64,000 bases of DNA from a virus: positions 4,927-68,926 of the IMG/VR virus record IMGVR_UViG_3300005613_000050; one strand, written 5' to 3'. Each line of letters begins with the position of its first letter. Position 1 is the stretch's first letter. Positions 30,163-39,729 of the stretch are shown piece after piece. The translations under genes and the position numbers were made by a program. Under the pieces are notes generated by a model. That model ran no database searches. It saw nothing but the letters and a program-made list of their open reading frames with translations, and was not told where the DNA came from.

Positions 30163-30448
30163 TTTGCATCTCCATCCATAACATAAAGAGTATACAACAA
30201 GCCGCATGAGCTAAATGAGATAAACCAGATTCTGCATCTATTTTTTCTTTAGCTGTTAAGTGGCGCATACACGCCCCAAAATAACGCTCCTTACTGATTT
30301 TCTTCCAGTTGTCTGGGGCATATTTCTTAGCTCCAAAAGTCAAGACTTTAACAATCTGACGTAAAGCACCATAGGGCATTAGTTCCCATCTATCTTTATC
30401 TTGATCGTGCTTGACTCCTTCTTGAGTTACTAACTTATTTTCGCTCAT
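30146..30448 (-). CDS. dATP/dGTP diphosphohydrolase domain protein (DUF5664)
   Basis: GVKHDQDKDRWELMP, VLTFGAKKYAPDNW, DAESGLSHLAHAACC. Confidence 0.88.
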   Translation of the reverse strand: MSENKLVTQEGVKHDQDKDRWELMPYGALRQIVKVLTFGAKKYAPDNWKKISKERYFGACMRHLTAKEKIDAESGLSHLAHAACCILFMLWMEMQNDSDS

Positions 30449-30947
30449 TTTATTTCTCCTTTATATACTTGTATTCTTTCATAACTACCTTCATCAGACC
30501 AAAAAGCATATATCCTAGCTTGCGGGAACATTTCATCCAACTTCTCATATATAGGAATAGGTGGACTCCAAGCTGTCTCAAACTTAATATCAATCTGTTG
30601 TACATCTTCATATAAGACATGTATATTACCATAAGAGTTCCACTTGGTTCCCCACCTCAAAGTGCACCAATCATACCAGTTATCTGCACCATATTTTTCT
30701 TCCCATGCTCTTAAGACTTTCTCGGGTACTGGCACAATTTCCCCATCTGTTTCATACCGTGATGTTATTACCTGTCCATTCACATTACAAGACCCAGAAC
30801 AAACACCATCAAAAACTTTAGGTTTTTCTACAATACTATTAAAATCCATATGTTTTTGGTCATTAGGTATAAGCAGCTTTTTAATTTCTTTTAAAGTTTC
30901 TTCGCAATAAGAAAAATAGAGATAATATTAGTTGTATTATTTGGCAT
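30445..30947 (-). pseudogene. DUF1281/YubB-like protein interrupted by a frameshift near codon 12
   Basis: MPNNTTN start at 30947 (TAATG-coupled, GGAG RBS) stops early; the -1 frame continues into MDFNSI..WYDWC..WGTKWN..FETAWSPP. Confidence 0.65.
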
Positions 30948-31141
30948 TATTTTATTTCTCCCATAGCCCAAGAACCCTGTTCCTCAAGTATAGTAATATT
31001 ACTTAAAGAGCTACAATTCACACCAATAAATTTCTTCTCTTCATATACAATAATTTGAGATAAGTCGTTATTAAAAGCGTACATTAACTGCTTATATTGT
31101 TCCTCCCCTAAAGAGGATAATATATTTTTTATATTAGACAT
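30947..31141 (-). CDS. Hypothetical protein
   Basis: GGAG RBS, coupling. Confidence 0.5.
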   Translation of the reverse strand: MSNIKNILSSLGEEQYKQLMYAFNNDLSQIIVYEEKKFIGVNCSSLSNITILEEQGSWAMGEIK

Positions 31142-33854
31142 ATATATTCTCCCCATTCTCGTAAACTAAAACATTATTTTTACAAACAATCTTTTTTCCT
31201 CCTTGAGGAGGCTCTTTATCAGGTTTTAGGACATCTTTAACCCAAATATTACCAATATAAATTTGATTATTCTTAGCTGACCTGCCTTTTGGATATTGCA
31301 TACTTAGTTCTTTACCCATACGTTGCTTAGTCCAATCCATAATATCATCAGGATCAGCCCATTGCCTAAACTCATCCCACAATACCCCATATTTTACTGC
31401 TTGACCCGGAATATAAACGCATTGTTCTCTAATAAATTGCTCAAGAAGGCTTTCATTAAGTACGCCCGCCCTTGTTTTATCGTCAGTATGAATAACTGGT
31501 ATACGTAAACGACCATTTGGAGTTGGTAACTCAAGATTTAAACAAGATGCTAAGAAATCAGATGCTTCATGTTCAAGTTTAGACATTAATTTAGACTTCG
31601 GTATAAGGTCAATAGGGTCAATAGGATCAACATATACCATTGTAATACGTGTATCCCCTGTAAAAATAGGGCAATACGTATAGTCATTTGCACACTGCAC
31701 CCAGTGGGTGGTGTTTGTTGTGTGATAAAGCTCCTTATACAAGGCTCTAATAGGTAATTCTTTAGCTGTGACCCAATCTTTAATCCTATTATAAGCCATT
31801 TTACTGACTGACAAATTAACTTCCTCAACTACGCACAAAACTGCTGTAGCTAATTCACCATTAAAACCATTTTTATCTGTTAAAGCTGTATCAGCACGAA
31901 TAACACCTTTAGTTACAAGCAAATTAATTGCTTCATGGAACGTGCTTTTCCCGTTATCCTGTGGACCATAGAAGAAAAGATAAGGTAAAGGCTCCATAGG
32001 GTCTTTAAGTATTGCTGTTATCCAGCACATCAGATACTCGCCACCTTTTACAATACCATTTGCTTTACACCAACCGTCTTTAAGGACAAAATCATCGAGA
32101 TTTTTACCACAGTGATTAAGAACTTTATCCCATGTTGGATGAGTTAGTAACTCACTTTCAACGGTCGGAGCAATCCTGAGTTGAGGTGCGCCACGGTTCC
32201 ACTGCCGATCACCTAGATATTCAGGCTGAAAAGGACGATTAATTATTTTCCAAGATTTAAAAATATTAGAGCCTAGAGCCGTTTTAACGTCTTTAGTGTT
32301 CAAACCCAGAGATTCTAAAGCTACTTTAACGTGTTGAAAAGGTTCTGTACGCCATTCAGAACCCACATTGACCATCCAACCCTGATCTTTACCTGATTCA
32401 GACGTTAAATGCCTAATTATTTCGTCATAATTGTATGTTTCTTCGCCTATAGCCTCGTAAGAATTAATATTAAAGATTCTTTTCCATTTATTTTTCTCTA
32501 ATAACCACCCTTGAGGGGCAGAATCTCGGTCATTACGCTCAACTTCAACAATAATACGCTTACCATCCTTATGTTTTTTGATTACTGTAGGTCTACCACC
32601 CATCCAAGTTGGTAACTCAGCATTAGCACCCAACATTCCTATAGCCTGAGCAGCTAATTCTCCATGTTGAAAGACAAAATTACCATTTTCATTCTCAATA
32701 CCTTCATAAAATGATGCTGCACACTTCAAGTCTGGGTCTTTATTCAAATAACAACGTGTCCAACCAAGTCCATCTTGATCCCAAGAGCTATGTTCTGCTA
32801 CTCCTTTAGTATAACGGCGTATAGACCATGCTCCATTGCGTAAAGGGAAAGCAAAACAGTTAATATCTGCTCCTTTATCCTTGCCAGAAGAGATCGTATC
32901 GAACATTCCCCTCATTTGCAGCGTCTCATGAGCCTCTTTAAGGTGGATTGTATGGGTTACAAGCATACCATTATCGGTATCCCACCACCAAGCAGCGTTA
33001 TTTTCTTGTAACCAGTCAATTAATTTAGTATGAGCAGCGTCTAAAGTTGTTTCACTCTGTAAACTTGTCAAATTTTCAAAAGATTCCTTTTGTTTTTCAG
33101 TCAAAAAGTTAGGTAAAATCTTTTGAGTCTTATTTAAGACAACATCAAGATGGTCACGCCAGTTTGGAGGTATATTTTTAAGAACCTCACCTTGACTTAT
33201 TAACTTAAGACCATCAGTTCCTGCCATTTTTCTATGCCAAACCCACATATTACCGCCGCATACATCTACTTTTGTAGAAAAATCAAACCCAGTCTCTGCT
33301 GATAATAGTCCAATAACTGCACGAGCTAGAGCTGCATGCTCAGTATGGTTCGCCGTAGGAATATCATTTAAAAAGACATATAAATGTAGACCGGAACCAC
33401 TTGTGGACTTACGTACTGTTACCCAAGGGATCTTTTGAGCTGTTTTCTTAACCTCATTCATCTCTGCGGGCGTAAGTTTCTTTTTGTGTTGGTCGCTATG
33501 TCCTATAATAGCATCAAAATCAAAGGCTACCCATTTGGAGACTTTGTTTTTCCAGTCCCAACCAGTCATTCCAATACCTTCAACGTGAGTTACTAAATCA
33601 AAATTCATAGGTGAATCGGTATATTCAGGTTCGGTTTTAGCTTTCCATGGTATACGAAAAGCTTTCCAAGTCTCTAAGCCATCTGTCCAACCTACCCAAT
33701 CCCTACCTTTAAATTGCCCAGAGACACGTTCACCACATCCTTGGGCAACATTTACTTGGCATTCCATATTAAAATTATACAATTCTGCTAAATCTGCAAC
33801 TGTTTTTACAGTCAAAAACCTCTTAATTGCCTCTGTTTTCATTGGTCTTGTCAT
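31134..33854 (-). CDS. Primase-helicase (AEP-like N-terminus, SF3/D5-like P-loop C-terminus)
   Basis: AFDFD, STSGSGLHLYV; Walker A GPQDNGKST, VVEE. Confidence 0.85.
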   Translation of the reverse strand: MTRPMKTEAIKRFLTVKTVADLAELYNFNMECQVNVAQGCGERVSGQFKGRDWVGWTDGLETWKAFRIPWKAKTEPEYTDSPMNFDLVTHVEGIGMTGWDWKNKVSKWVAFDFDAIIGHSDQHKKKLTPAEMNEVKKTAQKIPWVTVRKSTSGSGLHLYVFLNDIPTANHTEHAALARAVIGLLSAETGFDFSTKVDVCGGNMWVWHRKMAGTDGLKLISQGEVLKNIPPNWRDHLDVVLNKTQKILPNFLTEKQKESFENLTSLQSETTLDAAHTKLIDWLQENNAAWWWDTDNGMLVTHTIHLKEAHETLQMRGMFDTISSGKDKGADINCFAFPLRNGAWSIRRYTKGVAEHSSWDQDGLGWTRCYLNKDPDLKCAASFYEGIENENGNFVFQHGELAAQAIGMLGANAELPTWMGGRPTVIKKHKDGKRIIVEVERNDRDSAPQGWLLEKNKWKRIFNINSYEAIGEETYNYDEIIRHLTSESGKDQGWMVNVGSEWRTEPFQHVKVALESLGLNTKDVKTALGSNIFKSWKIINRPFQPEYLGDRQWNRGAPQLRIAPTVESELLTHPTWDKVLNHCGKNLDDFVLKDGWCKANGIVKGGEYLMCWITAILKDPMEPLPYLFFYGPQDNGKSTFHEAINLLVTKGVIRADTALTDKNGFNGELATAVLCVVEEVNLSVSKMAYNRIKDWVTAKELPIRALYKELYHTTNTTHWVQCANDYTYCPIFTGDTRITMVYVDPIDPIDLIPKSKLMSKLEHEASDFLASCLNLELPTPNGRLRIPVIHTDDKTRAGVLNESLLEQFIREQCVYIPGQAVKYGVLWDEFRQWADPDDIMDWTKQRMGKELSMQYPKGRSAKNNQIYIGNIWVKDVLKPDKEPPQGGKKIVCKNNVLVYENGENIYV

Positions 33855-34527
33855 AAAATCCCCTTAAGTTAATAACTCCAAGAATGTTATTTAAGTAGTT
33901 ACTCAAAAATATTTCTTGAGTTTGAGTAAATAAATCTATCTCTCCCGCCTATATATAATGTATAGCATATAAGAGGGCACAAGTAATATCTTGTAAGTCC
34001 TTATATACCAAGGACTTGGAGAAATTTTTTCATCCACTTTTTCCGTGACTGTAAGTCCTTATATATCAACGACTTATAAACTTACTAGATATAGCTATTT
34101 TTACCTCACTACTATAGGGGAAAAATAAATTTATAGTATATAGAGAGAGGTTTCGCCAGATTCTGGTAGTTCTTACAACCCTATGATATATAAGGACTTA
34201 TAATATCAACTTTTAGCTTGCGTTTAAGTCGTTGATATATAAGGACTTAAAAGTTTTATTTTTCATTTCACTATGACCCGCTTATATGCTATTATATAGT
34301 ATACGGGAAGGAAATTGGATTTAGAAGATATATTTACTCAAATAATTTATTTAAGTTATTACTCAAATAAGTAAATAAAGTTAGTAACTCAAGCGTGACT
34401 GTTATTTAATTGCCTTCCTCCTGTAGTTACGCTTGAGTTATTAACTTAAATCGAATATGGGCGGTACTATTTGTCAGTTCACTAGGGGAGACCCGCCGCC
34501 CATTTTATTTAAAGAGGAGTTACTAAC
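33855..34527. promoter_or_regulatory. Divergent control region (two homologous back-to-back promoters; possible origin)
   Basis: Rightward TTCACT-17-TATTAT with TG extension (34267-34295); leftward copy of CCCKCTTATATGCTAT near 33962-33977; four 25-bp inverted repeats between them. Confidence 0.7.
34378..34506 (+). ncRNA. Candidate structured RNA (two hairpins)
   Basis: 23-bp stem 34378-34400/34425-34447 with two G-U pairs, loop containing CCTTCCTCCT; second stem ATGGGCGG/CCGCCCAT followed by T-rich tail. Confidence 0.4.
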
Positions 34528-34692
34528 TTGACTTTAACAGAATGGATAAATTATGAGACTCTCTACTCAATGCACTGGATTTGTCCTTCCGATTATGAAC
34601 TAGAATATTGTAGAGTTATTGCTGTAACAGGTGAGGTACAATATAAGTTTCCGATTTGTGAGGTAGGACGTAAACCTTGGATAAGTAACTAA
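34528..34692 (+). CDS. Small hypothetical protein (54 aa, TTG start)
   Basis: GAGGAG RBS; MTLTEWINYETLYSMHW...KPWISN. Confidence 0.45.
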   Translation: MTLTEWINYETLYSMHWICPSDYELEYCRVIAVTGEVQYKFPICEVGRKPWISN

Positions 34693-34760
34693 CTCAAATA
34701 TCTATGTGGGATACTTGGGATAACATAAAAAGAGTAGTTAACAAAAGGAGAAGTAGAATT

Positions 34761-35720
34761 ATGAGTACAGGTGAAGTTCGTTTTGTTCCGACCGCTACCA
34801 TTCGTGAGAACCCCGCAGCCCTTCGTAATGTGGATGTTGAATCTGAAAAGTTTGAGCAACTTAAAGATTCGGTCGCCCGTGAAGGCATTTTGAACCCTCC
34901 TCTCGGTGTCGATGCGGTTGATCCTGAAACGGGTGAACAGTATGTTGGTCTGGTTGATGGTTTGCAACGTACCACAGCGGCGAAAATGGTAGGACTCAAA
35001 GAGATTCCTATGCTTATCAAGGATTTTGATGAACAGCAGATTCTTACTGCTCAGATCATTACGAATATTCAGCGCATTGAGACGAAGCCTGCCGAATATG
35101 CAAAAAGTTTGCAGCGTCTTCTCGCCCTGAACCCGACCAAGACTCTTACTGAATTTGCTCAAGAGTTGTCGGTAAGTTTGGGATGGTTGCAGGGTCGTTT
35201 GAAGTTGACGAATCTGGCTGAAAGTATTCAGGCTCTTGTCAATGACGGTAGCATTACCGTGACCAATGCTATTCAGCTTGGTAAAATGCCCGAAGATGAA
35301 CAGATGAATTGGCTCGAAGCCGCGCAGACTGAGAGTCCTTCTGAGTTCGTTCCGAAGATTACTGCCCGTATCAAAGAGATTCAAAAGGCTAATCGCGAAG
35401 GTCGTGAAGCCAAGACTCTTACGTTTGAGGATGTGGTCAAGCCTGTTCGTCGTAAGCTCGACGAAATTGTGTCTGAGTTAGAAACTCAAACTGTCGGCGC
35501 TTCGCTCTGTAACAAGTTGTCTCTTTCGACAGCGGAAGAAGGATTCAAGCTTGGTCTTGAATGGGCAATGTCGATGGACCCCGATACGCTTGAGGTCAAA
35601 CGGGCTGAATGGGAACAGAAAAAAGCTGAGAAGGAGGAACGTAAGGCGAAGCGTAAGGCTGAACGCGAAGAGCGTAAGGCTGAACTCGCCGCGGCTAAAG
35701 CCGAAGAAGCTGGAGCATAA
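34761..35720 (+). CDS. parB: ParB/Spo0J-family protein 1
   Basis: LKDSVAREGILNP, LVDGLQRTTA, NIQR, HTH (TLTEFAQELSVSLGWL); charged C-terminal coil; AAGGAG RBS. Confidence 0.85.
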   Translation: MSTGEVRFVPTATIRENPAALRNVDVESEKFEQLKDSVAREGILNPPLGVDAVDPETGEQYVGLVDGLQRTTAAKMVGLKEIPMLIKDFDEQQILTAQIITNIQRIETKPAEYAKSLQRLLALNPTKTLTEFAQELSVSLGWLQGRLKLTNLAESIQALVNDGSITVTNAIQLGKMPEDEQMNWLEAAQTESPSEFVPKITARIKEIQKANREGREAKTLTFEDVVKPVRRKLDEIVSELETQTVGASLCNKLSLSTAEEGFKLGLEWAMSMDPDTLEVKRAEWEQKKAEKEERKAKRKAEREERKAELAAAKAEEAGA

Positions 35721-35746
35721 GTTAATAACTCATAAAAGGATAAGAC

Positions 35747-36394
35747 ATGGCAGAAAATGAAGTAGCACTAATTAGTGGTTTAACACCTGCAATCAGTGAG
35801 AAAGAAGTCCAAGAAGAGATTAAGAGTGGTGATTGGCTTTCTCGTATTCAGATCATTGACCCGAAATCATCTTTCGCTATGGAAGGTAAAGTCGGTCAAG
35901 GTAATTTTGCTCTTGTCCACAGTAAGGATGAAGCTGATGATCTGACAAATGAAATTGATTGCATCATTATGGACGTTCGATGGAAAGCTCTTGACATTTC
36001 TAACAGTGAAGAGATCATTAATGTCTATGATAAAGAAGCCGATGAATTCAAACGGATTCAAAGTGAATCTGAGATTAAGGACTCTGGTTGTATGTGGGGT
36101 ATGGAGTTCTTGATTTGGATTGCTTCTGTTGGCAAATATGCAACTTATTTTTGTTCAAGTAAGACTGCTCGGCGTGAAAGCAAAAATATCCATCGCCTTA
36201 TTGGGTATCCCGCGACACTTCGTACAGAACTTATTAAGACTAAGAAGTATTCTTGGTTCGGACCGAAAGTAGTATCTTGTACTACTCCTTTTGATGTTCC
36301 TCCAAAAGAGGAACTTGTAGCAGAAGTGGAAAAATTCCGTAAATCATCTGTCAGCGATGAGGTGGCAGGAGATACAGAGGAACGGGAACGATAG
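35747..36394 (+). CDS. Hypothetical replication protein, possible ssDNA-binding protein
   Basis: Beta-rich, aromatic KYSWF segment, acidic tail, optimised codons. Confidence 0.4.
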   Translation: MAENEVALISGLTPAISEKEVQEEIKSGDWLSRIQIIDPKSSFAMEGKVGQGNFALVHSKDEADDLTNEIDCIIMDVRWKALDISNSEEIINVYDKEADEFKRIQSESEIKDSGCMWGMEFLIWIASVGKYATYFCSSKTARRESKNIHRLIGYPATLRTELIKTKKYSWFGPKVVSCTTPFDVPPKEELVAEVEKFRKSSVSDEVAGDTEERER

Positions 36395-36403
36395 GCACAA
36401 AAC

Positions 36404-36438
36404 GGGGCGGTGAGTTAGTAACTTACCACCCCATTTTC
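36404..36438 (+). terminator. Intrinsic terminator built around the dispersed palindrome
   Basis: GGGGCGGTGAGTTA-G-TAACTTACCACCCC-ATTTTC. Confidence 0.7.
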
Positions 36439-36452
36439 TAATAAGGTGAAAA

Positions 36453-36944
36453 ATGGATATAGTCTGTTTGGCAAAAACTAAAATAAACTGGACAGACTAC
36501 ATAGCCTTATGTAAGATGAAAACAGGCTCTGCGCCTACAAGACAGTTAGATAAATCAAACATAAAATTAATAGAGGATCTCGCTTTAATATCTTCTTTAA
36601 GTGAATTAGCAGGTAAGAATTATACACCTGTTAATGCCGTTCAAAAGAGCGAGATATTTCTTGATTCTATATTCTTAGCATTTTTGGTCTTTGATTTTGA
36701 TACTAACATTTGTGGAACTTTAAATTGTTTTAAGTTACTAAATCAAACAATACTGTTATCTGGTACTTTAAAACAATGGAAAGACACAATAGTATTTAAT
36801 CTTACACCTGAACAAGATAAAGATCAGCGCGAACTATTTGGACGTATACTTGTCTTCTTAGAGTCTAATGGGTATAAACTTATTTTTAATAAGTACAGTA
36901 AAAATACATTAAAAGATGGGACATTTACATTGGAGAGCAAATGA
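36453..36944 (+). CDS. Hypothetical protein, possible degenerate ThyX fold
   Basis: LSGTLKQWK resembles ThyX MTANFREWR; no RHR motif. Confidence 0.35.
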   Translation: MDIVCLAKTKINWTDYIALCKMKTGSAPTRQLDKSNIKLIEDLALISSLSELAGKNYTPVNAVQKSEIFLDSIFLAFLVFDFDTNICGTLNCFKLLNQTILLSGTLKQWKDTIVFNLTPEQDKDQRELFGRILVFLESNGYKLIFNKYSKNTLKDGTFTLESK

Positions 36945-38962
36945 GTAAAGAACTAACTAAATTTAGAGTAGGACGGCGTTTAGTTAAAGGTTACTTGGAT
37001 TACCAAGATAACCGTGTCTTTATTTATACACCATATAATAAAGCACTACTTGCTGAGATTAAAGCGTTCCACGATGCTAGGTGGCACGGCTTTGAAGACC
37101 CTCCTATTAAGGCTTGGTCTATACCTCTCACAGAACGTAATAAGTTCCAACTTGAGTACCTTACTGGTGGTAACCCATACATTAAATATGACCATTATAT
37201 TAAAGAAGCAAAAACACATGAAATTATTTATCCTGAATATAATCATCAAACTGAGTTAGTAAATCAAGCACTCTCAACTAACTATTGTATTTGGGCTGCG
37301 GAGATGGGAACAGGAAAAACATTATCTGCTTTGATCTTAATGATTGAATCTGGTATTAAAGATTGGTGGTGGTTCGGACCGAAATCTGCCCTATACTCCG
37401 TCAAACTTGATGTTCTTAAGTGGAAAAGATGGGCAGAAGAACATAATGTCCCTAAAGATAAGTACCCTGTTATGCCGGTCTTCAATACTTATAATGCTTT
37501 AACAAAAATAATGAAGAACTGGGAAGATGGAGATAAAGCCCCTCAAGGTGTTATTTTTGATGAATCTTCAAGACTCAAAACACCAACAGCACAACGTTCT
37601 AAAGCTGCTCTCGCTCTTGTAGATGGTATCCGAGAAGACTGGGGCGATGAAGGTTATGCCATACAAATGACTGGTACGCCCTCACCTAAAGCACCTACAG
37701 ACTGGTGGTCACAATGTGAGATTGCTTGTCCTGGGTTCCTTAAAGAAGGGAATATACATAAATTTAAAAATAGGCTTGCTATTGTTGAGCAGCGTGAAAA
37801 CACAATTATTGGTGGGACTTATCCTCATTTAATTGCTTGGCGTAAAGGTGGAGATATTTGTAATGTATGTGGTCTGCCTGAATCTGCTCATACTTTAGAT
37901 GAGTCTACTGTTGCTGATTATCATCCATTTGAAAAAGCGGATAATGAGGTAGCTAAGCTCTATAGACGTATGCAGGGATTGGTAGAGGTTCGTTTTAAAA
38001 AGGACTGTACTGATCTACCTGATAAGATTTATCGTGTTATTGAATGTAAGCCTTCGGTACAACTACAACAATATGCCCGTACAATCTTACAGACTGCTCC
38101 GCGTGTTGTTACAGGTCTTATGATGTTGCGAGAATTAAGTGATGGTTTCCTTTATCGTGATGAACAAGATGGTACAAGTGTTTGTACTGTTTGTAATGGT
38201 AGAGGTAAACGTCCTCAAGAAGTCTTAAAAGGGGGTTATGAACTTCTTGATACTGGTAACATACTTGAGTTAGAAACTCAAAAAGAATATACAACAGCAG
38301 ATAATACTACTAACTTCTGGGAAACAGTTGAGGATGCTCTTTGTGATGGCTGTGGTGGTAGTGGTAAAGTACCAAAGTATAAGAGAGAAACTAAAACGAT
38401 CCACTCACCTAAAGAAGATGTTCTTAATGATTTATTAGATGAGTTTGAAGAAGCAGGTCGAGTAGTTATTTATGCTGGTTTCCAAGGCTCTCTTGATAAG
38501 GTTGAAGCTATCTGTAAAAATAAAGGTTGGATAACTTTAAGAGCCGATGGTAAAGGGTGGAAAACAAGTACTGGTTCAGTTGAAGATATCCTTCAAGCAA
38601 TGGATCAATCCCACCCAGACCGTGAAAAATATGTTGAACTTTATGACAAAATAGCCTTTATTGGTCAGCCCGGCGCAGCAGGTATGGGGCTTAACTTAAC
38701 AGCATCACCTGTCATTATTTATTACTCTAATGATTTTAATGCTGAGAACCGTATACAAAGTGAAGACCGCGTACACCGTTCTGGTATGGATAAGAATCGC
38801 GCACCAACAATTATTGACATTATTAATTTGGAGTCTGATAAAAAGATTCTTGAGAATCTACAAAATAAACGTGAACTTCAAGAAATGTCAATGGGGCTAT
38901 TTAAAACTATTTTAGATGAAGAAAAAGAAAGACTTACTTATGGAGATAGTATTTCCACTTAA
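36941..38962 (+). CDS. SNF2-family helicase with Zn-finger insertion
   Basis: EMGTGKT, DESS, MTGTP, GMGLNLTA, QSEDRVHRSG; CTVCNGRG and CDGCGGSG. Confidence 0.92.
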   Translation: MSKELTKFRVGRRLVKGYLDYQDNRVFIYTPYNKALLAEIKAFHDARWHGFEDPPIKAWSIPLTERNKFQLEYLTGGNPYIKYDHYIKEAKTHEIIYPEYNHQTELVNQALSTNYCIWAAEMGTGKTLSALILMIESGIKDWWWFGPKSALYSVKLDVLKWKRWAEEHNVPKDKYPVMPVFNTYNALTKIMKNWEDGDKAPQGVIFDESSRLKTPTAQRSKAALALVDGIREDWGDEGYAIQMTGTPSPKAPTDWWSQCEIACPGFLKEGNIHKFKNRLAIVEQRENTIIGGTYPHLIAWRKGGDICNVCGLPESAHTLDESTVADYHPFEKADNEVAKLYRRMQGLVEVRFKKDCTDLPDKIYRVIECKPSVQLQQYARTILQTAPRVVTGLMMLRELSDGFLYRDEQDGTSVCTVCNGRGKRPQEVLKGGYELLDTGNILELETQKEYTTADNTTNFWETVEDALCDGCGGSGKVPKYKRETKTIHSPKEDVLNDLLDEFEEAGRVVIYAGFQGSLDKVEAICKNKGWITLRADGKGWKTSTGSVEDILQAMDQSHPDREKYVELYDKIAFIGQPGAAGMGLNLTASPVIIYYSNDFNAENRIQSEDRVHRSGMDKNRAPTIIDIINLESDKKILENLQNKRELQEMSMGLFKTILDEEKERLTYGDSIST

Positions 38963-39728
38963 TAATAACAAGTATTATAATACTCATTATAGGTATGTAT
39001 TAAGTATTTTTAATGCCTTCCCTGATACGAACATAGTTTTTGAGCCAGTAGAATACTTCATTGTTGGGGTAAATGGTAAAAGATGCTTATTTGATTACAG
39101 TGATTATTTTGATATTGCAGGATATAATCCTAGAAACTTTGATTATGTTTTTAAGTTCCATAAACACTATGATGTAATGTATCCTGATAATGTTCTACCT
39201 TTCCCACCAATAAGCTTTTATAACTGGGATAAATATTTGTATAGTAGCATACAATATGCCCCAAATAAAGCAGGCATTTCTATGCGCCAGAAGAGCTATG
39301 GTAATGCTAGAGAACGCCGAAACATTGTTAGAGATATGTTGGTTAAAGAATTCGGTTCAGAGGTTAGAACAAGCATTTTAGAGCAAGACCTATATTTCTT
39401 AGAGGTTGAAGATATTTTCTTAGGGGTGTTTGTTCCGGGCGCTCAGGAAAATATGTTAGATCGTGGTCAGTTTCAATATATGGCTTATGGTGTTCCAACA
39501 ATAAGCCCTATGATACCTGAGTTACTAACTTATGATATTAGGTTCCAAGATGTAGAAGACTATATTGCTTGTAGAAATGATTACAGTGATTTAATCGACA
39601 TTATTATCGAAGCGAAAAAACAACCAGAGTTTATGCAGCAAATGGGGAGTAATGCTATGGTAAAATTTTTAGATACATCAACACCTATTAATCTTTATAG
39701 GTATTTTAAGAAAATATTTGGAGAATAA
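38940..39728 (+). CDS. Glycosyltransferase (GT-B-like)
   Basis: VFVPG..LDRGQFQYMAYG, DYIAC..DYSDL..MGSNA. Confidence 0.65.
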   Translation: MEIVFPLNNNKYYNTHYRYVLSIFNAFPDTNIVFEPVEYFIVGVNGKRCLFDYSDYFDIAGYNPRNFDYVFKFHKHYDVMYPDNVLPFPPISFYNWDKYLYSSIQYAPNKAGISMRQKSYGNARERRNIVRDMLVKEFGSEVRTSILEQDLYFLEVEDIFLGVFVPGAQENMLDRGQFQYMAYGVPTISPMIPELLTYDIRFQDVEDYIACRNDYSDLIDIIIEAKKQPEFMQQMGSNAMVKFLDTSTPINLYRYFKKIFGE

Positions 39729-39729
39729 A

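Noticed and set aside
30146-30448. 2-aminoadenine (Z) genome
   Set aside because: DUF5664 alone is insufficient; no PurZ or DatZ recognisable in the window
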